Below the pieces are notes generated by a model that searched no databases, had not been told where the DNA came from, and saw only the letters and a program-made list of their open reading frames with translations. A stretch of 45,964 nucleotides of DNA, taken from an uncultured Candidatus Saccharibacteria bacterium. GTDB lineage: Bacteria > Patescibacteriota > Saccharimonadia > Saccharimonadales > Saccharimonadaceae. The stretch is taken from assembly GCA_938042055.1 (NCBI GenBank), contig CALIRX010000007.1, positions 1 through 45,964 on the forward strand. The letters are read 5' to 3'. Position 1 is the first letter of the stretch; the number at the start of each line of letters is the position of its first letter. The position numbers and the translations under genes are program-made. Below are positions 1 to 9,408 of the stretch, in pieces.

Positions 1-2
1 CA

Positions 3-761
3 GCGGGTCTGATCAAGAACAACGCTCAACGCCAACAGCACAGTGAATTTGCAGAACAATTGATAAACAGCAAGGAACTTCGAGAAAAAGCTGGCGGTCA
101 CGTATTCAAGGATAAGAACGGTAAATTAATCGGAGCAGACGCGGCACTGGCGTCAGCTATAGCAACCAGCCGTAGCGAATATGCCAAGTCAGTCGATGAG
201 GCTCGTCAAATCATAGAACACTACGGACTAAGCTCGGAGCAAAGACAAGATTTAGCTTTAGGTAGAAAAACCATACCTCTTCCTGGCGGAGTAATATTGG
301 GTGGAGACAGTATATTTGTACGTGAAGCCTCAATCAAAGAACAGGTTAAATATGGCACTGCGGCAGAAGTAGCTGAACTTCTTAGCGAATTACCACTTGA
401 ATTCCGCTCCGTCTTAGCTTCATCGTTAGCGGAATCTGGCATAAAGAACAGAGCATCCTTCATGGGTGGTAAGCTTATCGATGATGTGGGTAAGGGAGAG
501 ATTAGAAATAGAGGTGACCTCATGAACTACTTCGCTGAATGGCTACAGGGTGGTAAATACAAGTCTGAAACCTTAGCGTCTACGGATGCTGATGCCGTTA
601 AGTTGTTAATAGAGGCTGTAAATACCACTTCTGTTATTACAGACAAGAAACGTCAAGATATCAAGGATGTTATCAATACAATTCTTACCGACAGGAGATT
701 ATCTGCAAACGTAACAGATGCCGCCAAAGAACAATTTGAGATTTTCCGCAACATGTTATAA
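3..761 (+). CDS. C-terminal part of a large protein that starts left of the window; possibly the cytoplasmic tail of the VirB6-like gene of the T4SS-like operon
   Basis: The frame is open from nt 3 (AGLIKNNAQRQQHSEFAEQLINSK...), so the TTG at 60 is not the real start. The VirB6 guess rests only on position upstream of prgI-virB4. Confidence 0.5.
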   Translation, partial: AGLIKNNAQRQQHSEFAEQLINSKELREKAGGHVFKDKNGKLIGADAALASAIATSRSEYAKSVDEARQIIEHYGLSSEQRQDLALGRKTIPLPGGVILGGDSIFVREASIKEQVKYGTAAEVAELLSELPLEFRSVLASSLAESGIKNRASFMGGKLIDDVGKGEIRNRGDLMNYFAEWLQGGKYKSETLASTDADAVKLLIEAVNTTSVITDKKRQDIKDVINTILTDRRLSANVTDAAKEQFEIFRNML

Positions 762-772
762 TCTCCATATTT

Positions 773-781
773 TGATATAAT
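773..781 (+). promoter_or_regulatory. Extended -10 promoter (TGATATAAT) for the PrgI-like gene
   Basis: TGn-TATAAT lies 9 nt before ATG 791, with no Shine-Dalgarno sequence in between. Confidence 0.6.
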
Positions 782-790
782 ATAAGCAGT

Positions 791-1693
791 ATGTCGGTGT
801 ATAAAGTTCCTCAAGATGTCGAGGCGGAGGACAAACTGCTCGGGCCGTTTAGTTTCCGACAGTTTGTATTCTTAATTATAGCTGTTATCGGAATCGCTAT
901 TGCGTACGGTTTGAGTACAATTTTACTACCTTTGGCAATAATTCCTGTGCCGATAATTATATTCTTTGGAGCGCTGGCTTTACCTCTTAAAAAAGATCAG
1001 CCAATGGAAGTTTATTTGGCAGCAGTTATTTCTTTTATGCTAAAACCAAAAAAGCGTCTATGGCAACCTGATGGAATTGAAAGGTTAGTAGAAGTTATCG
1101 CGCCAAAAGTCGAGGAGAAGAATTACGGAAATAACTATGACCAAGCTGAAGTTCAGAGAAGATTATCGTATTTGGCAAATCTGGTAGATAGTCAAGGTTG
1201 GTCGATTCGTGGCGTTAATAATCCGAATAGTTCAATGCGTGCTGATTTATTTAACGAAGGGCAAGCAGCTAACGATATATTGGATGAAAATAGCACTACG
1301 GCGCAGAATATCAATCACTTAATAAATCAGTCAGATGTTCGTAGACGACAAGAAGTTATTCAAAAGATGCAAACAGGGCAATCTGCTACGCCACCTCCTA
1401 CGCAAACACCTCAACCAGATAATCCTACTCCAGCCACACCACTACAAATGAATCCGTACCCAACGATGCGTCAATCTGTATTAAATCCTGTGTCCGAACG
1501 ACCTGCCGCGAGCGCTCCAGCTCAAACTCAGCCGACAACCACGCCGCAAGCTAGCGTAAACGAGGTGCCACCTGCTATAATAGAACTGGCAAATAACCGC
1601 GACCTCTCGATTGAAACGATTGCGCGTGAGGCAAATCGAATTCAGCAAGAAAATAAATTATCAGATGAGGAAGTGGTGATTTCACTACGTTAG
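791..1693 (+). CDS. prgI: PrgI-family (VirB3-like) membrane protein of a T4SS-like system
   Basis: N-terminal YKVPQDVEAEDKLLGPFSFRQF motif, two TM segments, P(K)KRLW motif, Pro/Gln-rich tail; lies upstream of a VirB4 ATPase. Confidence 0.8.
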   Translation: MSVYKVPQDVEAEDKLLGPFSFRQFVFLIIAVIGIAIAYGLSTILLPLAIIPVPIIIFFGALALPLKKDQPMEVYLAAVISFMLKPKKRLWQPDGIERLVEVIAPKVEEKNYGNNYDQAEVQRRLSYLANLVDSQGWSIRGVNNPNSSMRADLFNEGQAANDILDENSTTAQNINHLINQSDVRRRQEVIQKMQTGQSATPPPTQTPQPDNPTPATPLQMNPYPTMRQSVLNPVSERPAASAPAQTQPTTTPQASVNEVPPAIIELANNRDLSIETIAREANRIQQENKLSDEEVVISLR

Positions 1694-1702
1694 GTGGGGT
1701 TT

Positions 1703-2578
1703 ATGCAACCAGAGTTACAAAATCAACAATCTTATCAGCAGGTTCCGCAAACCAATGCGGCTCTTCCTAATGTCCCTCAGCAATCATCAGGGGCAATTGG
1801 TTCGGGACCAAATCCAACTGCGCCGTCCCCAGATAAAACTCCTGATGACAAGAAGCAAAAAGGACCAATCAGCACCCAGAATACGCTGCTTTTCTCTGAG
1901 ATGCGCGAAAATATGATCATTATGAGCGACGGCAGTTTTCGGGCGGTAGTGGAATGTGAATCAATCAACTTTGATCTGATGAGTTCACGCGAAAGAGAGG
2001 GAATTGAGTTCAGCTATCAAAACTTCATCAACTCTCTATATTTCCCAATTCAAGTTCTTATCCGTTCACGCCGCGTGGATATTGGTCCGTACCTGGACAG
2101 ATTAGCTGAAATTCGCCGCAATCAAGACAATATGCTCCTCAACGTTCTAATGGACGATTATATGGATTTCATTGATATTCTGGCGCAAGAAGCAAACATT
2201 ATGGATAAGAGTTTTTATGTTGTCGTTCCATATTATCCAGCTGGCGAGGAAAATGCCTTCAAGCAGCAAACTAAGGGACTATTCAATAGCTTCTTTAGCG
2301 GAAAAAAAGAGGCAACCGTAACAAAAATCGACCAAGTTACTTACACTAAAGCCAAAGATGAAATTAAAAACCGCGTTGATTCGGTTATGAACGGACTATT
2401 CCAAATGGGCGTAAAAAGCTGGCAATTAAATACCCGACAACTGGGCGAGTTGTTCTACACTTCATATAATCCCGACACGTCGTCACGCGAATCGCTAGAA
2501 GGAATTGACCCAAGCGAGCTTACGACCACTTACGTAACTAAGGGAACTGGTCCGTCACCGAGAGGAGGAAGGTCATAA
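1703..2578 (+). CDS. VirB4/TraC-associated protein resembling the N-terminal part of TraC-type ATPases
   Basis: STQNTL...INFDLMSSREREGI...YQNFINSLYFPIQVLIRSR...FYVVVPY pattern. Its stop overlaps the virB4 start (TAATG). ATG 1703 is preferred over GTG 1694. Confidence 0.65.
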   Translation: MQPELQNQQSYQQVPQTNAALPNVPQQSSGAIGSGPNPTAPSPDKTPDDKKQKGPISTQNTLLFSEMRENMIIMSDGSFRAVVECESINFDLMSSREREGIEFSYQNFINSLYFPIQVLIRSRRVDIGPYLDRLAEIRRNQDNMLLNVLMDDYMDFIDILAQEANIMDKSFYVVVPYYPAGEENAFKQQTKGLFNSFFSGKKEATVTKIDQVTYTKAKDEIKNRVDSVMNGLFQMGVKSWQLNTRQLGELFYTSYNPDTSSRESLEGIDPSELTTTYVTKGTGPSPRGGRS

Positions 2579-4437
2579 TGGCAAAGAAGAAATTAGATGC
2601 CGTTGATATTGCTGCTCAACAACGAGCAAGGGAGCAAGCCGAAGTCGAACAGGCCTTCTTAACTGGTGTTCGAACTTTGCGTGATTTTATTGCGCCAAGT
2701 AGTATTGAGCTTCATTCCGACCATTTCCGACTTGGCTCAAAATATGGCCGCACGATGTATGTTTACGGCTATCCTCGCCAAATCTACACCGGCTGGCTTA
2801 GCTCAATTATTAACATCGATGAAGTGCTGGATATTAGTATGTTTATTTATCCAGTCGATACGCAAATTGTCCTGAATAACCTGCGTAAAAAAGTTACCCA
2901 GCTGGAAGCAACCATGAATATAAACATGGAAAAGGGAAAGGTGCGCGATCCAGGCTTGGAGGCGGCTTTGCAAGACGCTGAAGAATTGCGCGATCAATTG
3001 CAGATTGGCGCCGAAAAGTTCTTCCGCTACGGCTTATATATCACGCTTTACGCCGACAGCTTGGACGAACTAAACTTCATCCAACATAAAATTGAAACTA
3101 TTTTTGGTCAGCAATTGGTGTTCTCAAAAGTGGCTTCCAGCCAGCAGGAACAAGGATTGAATAGCTCTATTCCACAATTGACCGATGAACTACAGATTCG
3201 CCGCAACATGAATACTGGCGCAATTTCAACCAGCTTCCCATTCACTTCAGCCGATTTGACGGACAATAAAGGTGTGCTTTACGGAATTAATATGCATAAT
3301 AATGGTTTGGTGATTTTTGACAGATTCTCTCTGGAAAACGCCAATATGGTAGTGTTCGCTAAGTCTGGTGCCGGTAAATCATTTACCGTTAAATTGGAAG
3401 CTTTGAGAAGTATGATGGTCGGGGCTGATATTGTGATTATTGACCCAGAAAATGAGTACCAGAAACTATGCGACGCAGTTGGTGGCAGTTATATTCGATT
3501 GAGTTTAAGTAGCGACACGAGAATTAATCCGTTCGATTTGCCGCGTGTGATTGATACTGATGAGGCAGATGACGCACTGCGAGCTAACTTGGTTACGTTA
3601 CACGGACTACTCAGGCAAATGCTGGGCGGCGCAGGAGTAGGAGCCGGCGGGCAAGTCGTAGCAGGATTATCACCAGCGGAAGAAGCTGATATTGATCAAG
3701 CGTTAATCGACACCTACGCGCGCGTTGGCATTACTTCAGACCCATTGACGCACAATTCTACACCACCGACAATTTCCGACCTATACGACACCTTACTTCA
3801 CATGGGCGGGACTGGTCCAAGTCTGGCTCAGCGACTTCGCAAATTTACCTCTGGAACGTTTGCTGGAATATTCTCACAACAGAGTAACATTGATATTAAT
3901 AATAATATGGTCGTCTTTAACATTCGCGACTTGGAAGATGAACTTCGACCGACGGCGATGTATATTGTTCTGAACCACATCTGGAACATTACGCGTACCG
4001 ATCAGAGGAAACGTATGCTGATTGTTGACGAGGCTTGGCAATTGATGAAATATGACGATTCTGCCAATTTCTTATTCTCATTAGCCAAGCGCGCCCGCAA
4101 ATATCAATTAGGACTAACGACAATCACGCAGGACGTGGAAGACTTCGTCGGAAGCAAAATGGGGCGAGCAATCGTTTCCAACTCCTCAATGCAGCTACTT
4201 TTGAAACAGTCCGCCAGCGCCGTTGATGTTTTAGCGCAAGTGTTCAAATTGACAGATGAAGAGCAGAAGCGACTAGCCAATTTCCCAGTTGGGCAAGGAT
4301 TATTCTTTGCTGGACAAAATCACGTTCACATCCAGATTCAGGCTAGTGATACCGAGTATAATTTGATCAATACAAATCCCGTATCACAACAAATAAAACC
4401 GTCAGATTCACCGATCGGCGGCTACGGAGCGGTGTAG
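2578..4437 (+). CDS. virB4: VirB4-like type IV secretion ATPase
   Basis: Walker A AKSGAGKS, IIDPENEY, INPFD, Walker B LIVDEAW, RARKY..GLTTITQ; SD GAGGAGG upstream. Confidence 0.9.
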   Translation: MAKKKLDAVDIAAQQRAREQAEVEQAFLTGVRTLRDFIAPSSIELHSDHFRLGSKYGRTMYVYGYPRQIYTGWLSSIINIDEVLDISMFIYPVDTQIVLNNLRKKVTQLEATMNINMEKGKVRDPGLEAALQDAEELRDQLQIGAEKFFRYGLYITLYADSLDELNFIQHKIETIFGQQLVFSKVASSQQEQGLNSSIPQLTDELQIRRNMNTGAISTSFPFTSADLTDNKGVLYGINMHNNGLVIFDRFSLENANMVVFAKSGAGKSFTVKLEALRSMMVGADIVIIDPENEYQKLCDAVGGSYIRLSLSSDTRINPFDLPRVIDTDEADDALRANLVTLHGLLRQMLGGAGVGAGGQVVAGLSPAEEADIDQALIDTYARVGITSDPLTHNSTPPTISDLYDTLLHMGGTGPSLAQRLRKFTSGTFAGIFSQQSNIDINNNMVVFNIRDLEDELRPTAMYIVLNHIWNITRTDQRKRMLIVDEAWQLMKYDDSANFLFSLAKRARKYQLGLTTITQDVEDFVGSKMGRAIVSNSSMQLLLKQSASAVDVLAQVFKLTDEEQKRLANFPVGQGLFFAGQNHVHIQIQASDTEYNLINTNPVSQQIKPSDSPIGGYGAV

Positions 4438-4454
4438 AAAAATAGCGAGAAAAT

Positions 4455-7400
4455 ATGGCACGAGTTGATTACACGACGGATTCCGAAACTGACAGCAGAT
4501 TAAATCCTGCTGAGCAGGCTAAGTTTGATCAAATCTCGGCTGGTTATGACAGTGGGTCAGAGCTAAGTGATCGCGAAAAAGATGCCATAAACGACCTTGA
4601 ATCTCAGTTTGATAATAAAGATTCGGACTTGAATCCTAATCAAAACGATTCCGCCAGCGCTGCCGTTAATAACCAAGAATCTTCCGTTCCAGGCAACGGT
4701 TTTTATCAGCCATCTAATGACAAAAAACGAAACAATTTAAAATCTACTCTAAAGCTTGCGAAAAAAAGTAGAGGCATAATAGCTATAGTTGGCATTCTAC
4801 TTTCCTTAGCAGCCACTTTTTCAGCTCTTCTGCCATTAAAATTAAATTCTCTACTGGACAATATAGACCAACAGATAGGAAGTGTTGCTCATTATTCAGT
4901 AGAAGAGCGCTTACAATACATAACTACACGCTGGTTGGCTATGAGAGTCATGAAAGAAGCCTATCCGGGAGATGAACACCTAGTTTTTTGTAAAGGCGGT
5001 GGCATAATATGTTCACTCACTTCAACAAAATATTCCGCTTGGTTTGAGAGAATGCTTGACGCTGAATTTAAAAAAGAAGGTCGCAATGTAAGAGTAGTTA
5101 TAAATTCCCATGGGCGTTCGGGGTTAGGAGGCAAGGCTTCTCATTTCACTATCAAAAACGTTAACAAAGACCCCGCTAGTGTAATGAAAGGCATAGAAAA
5201 AGAGGTTGGCCATAAGGAAATAAGGAAAAGAATTAAGAATGATATAAAACGAGTGCACGGTCGTAATTATTTAATGCGCTTTATATCCAAACGTATTCTA
5301 TATAATAAATATGGCGTAAAATCGTTTAATATTATACCCGAAAAACATGTTAGAGCATGGAAAGATTTTAAAGCGAAAATTAAATCCGAATTCGCTTCTC
5401 GTGCCATCGCAAAAATATCACCAAAACTTGCCGCCGTCTTATCGTGTATTAATGGTAGAGATGCCTTAGGTTGTGCAGAAACGCTCGATAAGCTTAAAAC
5501 CAAACTAGATGGAGATGTAGAAAAAAAAGAGAATGCCCTTAAGGAAAAACCCGACGATCCTAAAGCAAAATTGGATTACGAAGCCGCTAAATCCAACAAA
5601 AATACTTTTAGTAAATTTACCGATAATCTAGCTAATGGCGACGGTCTTATTGCAAAAATAATAAACAAAGAGCTAATGAAAAAATTCACAACTGCTTCAG
5701 CTATCGTAGGCATGATTGATATGGCTGCTGGCTTCATAGGTGCTCTAGACTCGGGTACTCTTGAAGTTATAGGACGAGCTCAAGTCGCCCAAACCTACGC
5801 CTCTTTCGCTTACGATGAAGGTATTAGTCCAGTTGTAGTAAATGATATGATGAAAACTGGAGACTTACAAGATATTCGATATTTAGAGCTTGCGACAAGC
5901 TTATTTGACGGAGCAGAATCATCACCACTGTACAGTGAAATTCAGGCTGGTGGAATCACATCATCTATACTCCCAATCCTATCTGGCAACAGTGTATCTG
6001 CATCTGGCGGAATACGAACTAAATGTACTGTTGACGGCAAAGAGAAGGTTGTTACATTAGATCCAGGCGAACTTGTTTGTCCTGAAAAGAAAGTTGTCCA
6101 GGATTATACAGCATTTACCAAAAATCCAGCATGGCAAACACTAGCCGCAGTAGCTAACTTTTGGAATAATTCTATAGGAGCTGTAATTGACGTAGCTCAG
6201 GATATAGCATCCCAAATAACGGAACCTATTGTAAACTTTGTAACTCAATTACCTGGAATTAAACAGGTAATGGACTTTTCACAGGACATAATGGGCACCT
6301 TAGTGCAATGGGCAATTAGTTACATATTTAATATTCCAAACGTTGGTATTGATGCTCCAGGAAACAATAATTACGAAGGTTTGGTTGGCGCACAGATGGT
6401 CTCAACGGCGGATAGTCTAGAAAACGGCAAAACAGAGTCTGGATCTGGTATCGGTGGTAAATTATTGAGCGATAATGAATTGGCGATGATAGCAACGAAA
6501 ACAGAGCAAGAAGATAAAGAAGAGTTTGAGCAGCAGCCGATGCTAGCAAAGATATTTGATCCAAACTTAAGAAATTCAGTAGCAAATCAAATGCTTGCTA
6601 TAATGCCAATCGGTAAAAAATCTGCAATTAACTTCTTAGCGAAGACACCAGCCTTATTATTGTCGCCATTAATGCCGAACAATCGAGCTTCAGCTGCTAC
6701 TAATAGATTAGCCGTCATGAAATCTATGGGAATACCTTGGTATGGGTATACAGATCCTGAAGTACTAAATGCCGACCCAAACAAATATAATACAGAAACC
6801 TGTAAGACGTATGATGAAACTCGAAAAAAAAGCCTGGAAAGAGATAGAAGTACAGGATATGTCGTTCCTGTTTACAAAACCTCCGATCCTTGTGCCTTAG
6901 AGGAAGTAGTGGCTGGTATATTAGCGGAGCGTGCGGGCGATACTGAAAGTAAATACTATATCAAAGACCCTGGCGGCGGTAGTGGTAGTTCAAAGTCTTC
7001 ATCTTCAACCGGCGAAGCCGTCGGAGAACCTGAATTAGAAGAAGCTCAGCAGACAGGATGGGGAGGTTATGAAAATGGTAAAATTCCAGATTCAGATTTA
7101 CAAGCTCTATCATTCTCACCAGACAACAAGATGAACAAGAAAGCAGCTACAGCCATGGAAGAAATGAATAAAGCATACAAAGCCGATAATGGGTCCGACC
7201 TAATTATAAATGATGCCTATCGAGAATATGATAGACAAGTTAAACTTCGTGAACAATTAGGTAGCACCGCAGGCGTTCCAGGTACATCAAAACACGGTTG
7301 GGGTCTTGCTGCAGACATTGAAGTTGGTCCATTTGGATCTTCTACATATAATTGGCTAAAGGCTAACGCTCATAAATACGGTTATGTGCATCCTGCTTGG

Positions 7401-7460
7401 GCTGAACCAGATGGAAGAAATCCCGAACAGTGGCACTGGGAGTATGCAAGGAAGGTTTAA
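4455..7460 (+). CDS. Large membrane-associated protein with a C-terminal M15 (VanY-like, LAS Zn) peptidoglycan peptidase domain
   Basis: C-terminal AYR...Q, SKHGWGLAADI (SxHxxGxAxD) and EQWHWEY (ExWH) motifs after a Gly/Ser linker; hydrophobic segment GIIAIVGILLSLAATFSALL; the rest is unrecognised. Confidence 0.8.
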   Translation: MARVDYTTDSETDSRLNPAEQAKFDQISAGYDSGSELSDREKDAINDLESQFDNKDSDLNPNQNDSASAAVNNQESSVPGNGFYQPSNDKKRNNLKSTLKLAKKSRGIIAIVGILLSLAATFSALLPLKLNSLLDNIDQQIGSVAHYSVEERLQYITTRWLAMRVMKEAYPGDEHLVFCKGGGIICSLTSTKYSAWFERMLDAEFKKEGRNVRVVINSHGRSGLGGKASHFTIKNVNKDPASVMKGIEKEVGHKEIRKRIKNDIKRVHGRNYLMRFISKRILYNKYGVKSFNIIPEKHVRAWKDFKAKIKSEFASRAIAKISPKLAAVLSCINGRDALGCAETLDKLKTKLDGDVEKKENALKEKPDDPKAKLDYEAAKSNKNTFSKFTDNLANGDGLIAKIINKELMKKFTTASAIVGMIDMAAGFIGALDSGTLEVIGRAQVAQTYASFAYDEGISPVVVNDMMKTGDLQDIRYLELATSLFDGAESSPLYSEIQAGGITSSILPILSGNSVSASGGIRTKCTVDGKEKVVTLDPGELVCPEKKVVQDYTAFTKNPAWQTLAAVANFWNNSIGAVIDVAQDIASQITEPIVNFVTQLPGIKQVMDFSQDIMGTLVQWAISYIFNIPNVGIDAPGNNNYEGLVGAQMVSTADSLENGKTESGSGIGGKLLSDNELAMIATKTEQEDKEEFEQQPMLAKIFDPNLRNSVANQMLAIMPIGKKSAINFLAKTPALLLSPLMPNNRASAATNRLAVMKSMGIPWYGYTDPEVLNADPNKYNTETCKTYDETRKKSLERDRSTGYVVPVYKTSDPCALEEVVAGILAERAGDTESKYYIKDPGGGSGSSKSSSSTGEAVGEPELEEAQQTGWGGYENGKIPDSDLQALSFSPDNKMNKKAATAMEEMNKAYKADNGSDLIINDAYREYDRQVKLREQLGSTAGVPGTSKHGWGLAADIEVGPFGSSTYNWLKANAHKYGYVHPAWAEPDGRNPEQWHWEYARKV

Positions 7461-7465
7461 TTAAA

Positions 7466-8680
7466 ATGAAAAAGTCTATTATATTTTCTATGATCGCAAT
7501 ATTATTGTTATCGCAAAACACCTCAGCTCTAACGGAGGCTGATTATCCTGCTCAAAATATACGATTATACAGTTCAAAAAGTTCTGCCTGTACCGAAGCA
7601 GCAGGTTCCGTGTCAGCCGAATTATCTAAAAACATCCCATCGGACTGGGGAAAGATTTTTTCTGCAGCAGCAGAAAAGAGTAACGTTAATCCTAACTTCC
7701 TGGCAGCATTATATCTAACAGAACAGGGTAATACTTGGAAACCATTAAATTCTCAATGGGCATATTCACCAGTCGGCGCTAGTGGTCCTATGCAATTTAT
7801 GCCGGGAACGTGGGCTAGTCATGCTCAAGACGGAGACGGCGACGGCAAGGCTGATATCATGAACCCTTACGATGCAGTTTTCGCAGCTGCAGATCTAATC
7901 AAAAGTATGGGTACCGACAAAAATACTCCATTAGGCGACATTGGCAGCCCATGGAAGCGGGAGCCTATGACAATTCTATATGCAGCGGGTGCTTACAACT
8001 GGGGTGGAGGTAATATTCAAAACCACACGTCTGACTCCAGCCCCTTAACTGATGCTCCAACAGAAACTCAAAACTATCTTAAAAATATCTACGAACTATT
8101 TAACAGCGACTTTACAAAATCAGGTCACCCGAACTACAAGGATCCGACATCTACAGGAGAAGGTGGTAGTGAAAATACCTCAACTAATGTGTCAAATTGC
8201 GCAAATAGTGGCGGCGTACATGCCGGAAGTATAGTAGAAACGGCAAAAGGACTGATAAATAAAGACAACCCAGGCACACCCTCACAGGCATATATAGATG
8301 CTCGTGCTAAATACAACCCTGAAGCCGGTGGCGATATGAATGACTGTGGAAAGTATGTATCTACTGTTATGCGTGCCAGTGGAGCTGACCCAGACTACCC
8401 ACCAGCAGGCACCAGCATCCAAAGAGATTATGTAATGAATTCATCAAAATATACCATCATAAATACTAAATCTCCTAGTGATCTTCAGCCTGGCGATATA
8501 TTAGTCTACAGCGGTTCGGGATCTTACGGGCACACAATGATATATATCGGAGATCAAGGAGATGGTAACGTTGCGGTAGAAGCATCACTTGGAGACCATC
8601 CGCCTAGGTATGCTAATATTGGTCGCGTTCAAACGCAGCTAGGATATTCAACTAATGTAGTAGCGAGGTTAAATAAATAA
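7466..8680 (+). CDS. Secreted bifunctional cell-wall hydrolase: lytic transglycosylase plus CHAP/NlpC-P60-type domain (VirB1-like)
   Basis: Signal peptide MKKSIIF...SA from ATG 7466; SLT motifs LAALYLTE, GASGPMQFMPGTW, AYNWG; C-terminal DCGKYVS...LQPGDIL...GHTMIY Cys/His dyad. Confidence 0.85.
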   Translation: MKKSIIFSMIAILLLSQNTSALTEADYPAQNIRLYSSKSSACTEAAGSVSAELSKNIPSDWGKIFSAAAEKSNVNPNFLAALYLTEQGNTWKPLNSQWAYSPVGASGPMQFMPGTWASHAQDGDGDGKADIMNPYDAVFAAADLIKSMGTDKNTPLGDIGSPWKREPMTILYAAGAYNWGGGNIQNHTSDSSPLTDAPTETQNYLKNIYELFNSDFTKSGHPNYKDPTSTGEGGSENTSTNVSNCANSGGVHAGSIVETAKGLINKDNPGTPSQAYIDARAKYNPEAGGDMNDCGKYVSTVMRASGADPDYPPAGTSIQRDYVMNSSKYTIINTKSPSDLQPGDILVYSGSGSYGHTMIYIGDQGDGNVAVEASLGDHPPRYANIGRVQTQLGYSTNVVARLNK

Positions 8681-8682
8681 TT

Positions 8683-9408
8683 ATGTTCAATATTTTTATG
8701 CAATTAGATCACAGAGTCAAAATAGCTATCGTCTCATTCGTAGGGTTATCCATCTCACTGATCATATACGCAGTTTATCTACTGCAATTCGATGCCACGA
8801 TATATGTATATTCCATACCTGATAATTTGACGATGTCTTATGGTGACGTAAAAAGCCAGCGAATTTCATCCAGGAAAGATATTAAAGTAAAACACGGCAA
8901 CCATAAATTTACTTTCTCAGCTAATGGATTTGAAAGTTATACTACAGAAATAAATATTAGCAAAAATGAGAAGAGAAACATCATATTCGCCTTAGAACCT
9001 ATTACAGATGAAGCTAAAAAAGAATACGCAAAAGACAAATACACTGATATCAAGGAGGGCATAGCTGGTAAAAAAGGTAAAGAAGCTACTCGTCAATTGG
9101 AAAATAAAAATCCTGCTATCAAATCTTTACCTATCCACGGCAGAGATTTCTATATATTTCCATGTGACAGATATCGATCTGGAGGAGATAAGACTATAGG
9201 AATATGTATAACAGTAACGGACTATTTTAACCGCTCTCAAATTGACGAGGCGTTTGCCAAGCTAAAAGAAAAGGGAATAAATCAAGAAGACTATGACATC
9301 AAAGTCAATAATCACATCTGGCCAACAGAGAAAGAGAAGTCTACAGGAGCTGCAGTTCAATGTAGAGGCTCGAATCCTGACTGGTGCTACACCTACAGAG
9401 ATATTTAG
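8683..9408 (+). CDS. Membrane-anchored hypothetical protein with a PEGA-like beta domain
   Basis: N-terminal TM, VKHGNHKFTFSANGFESY PEGA-like pattern, four Cys residues; last gene of the operon, overlapping the dnaN stop. Confidence 0.6.
   Translation: MFNIFMQLDHRVKIAIVSFVGLSISLIIYAVYLLQFDATIYVYSIPDNLTMSYGDVKSQRISSRKDIKVKHGNHKFTFSANGFESYTTEINISKNEKRNIIFALEPITDEAKKEYAKDKYTDIKEGIAGKKGKEATRQLENKNPAIKSLPIHGRDFYIFPCDRYRSGGDKTIGICITVTDYFNRSQIDEAFAKLKEKGINQEDYDIKVNNHIWPTEKEKSTGAAVQCRGSNPDWCYTYRDI

Noticed and set aside
7430..7465. GTG start at 7430 for the SLT-CHAP gene
   Set aside because: It overlaps the upstream gene; ATG 7466 gives a canonical signal peptide and follows an AAGGAAGG SD-like sequence.
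791..9408. Integrative conjugative element or prophage
   Set aside because: No integrase, relaxase, coupling protein, att repeat or phage structural gene is in the window, and the operon abuts dnaN directly. The region left of the window cannot be assessed.
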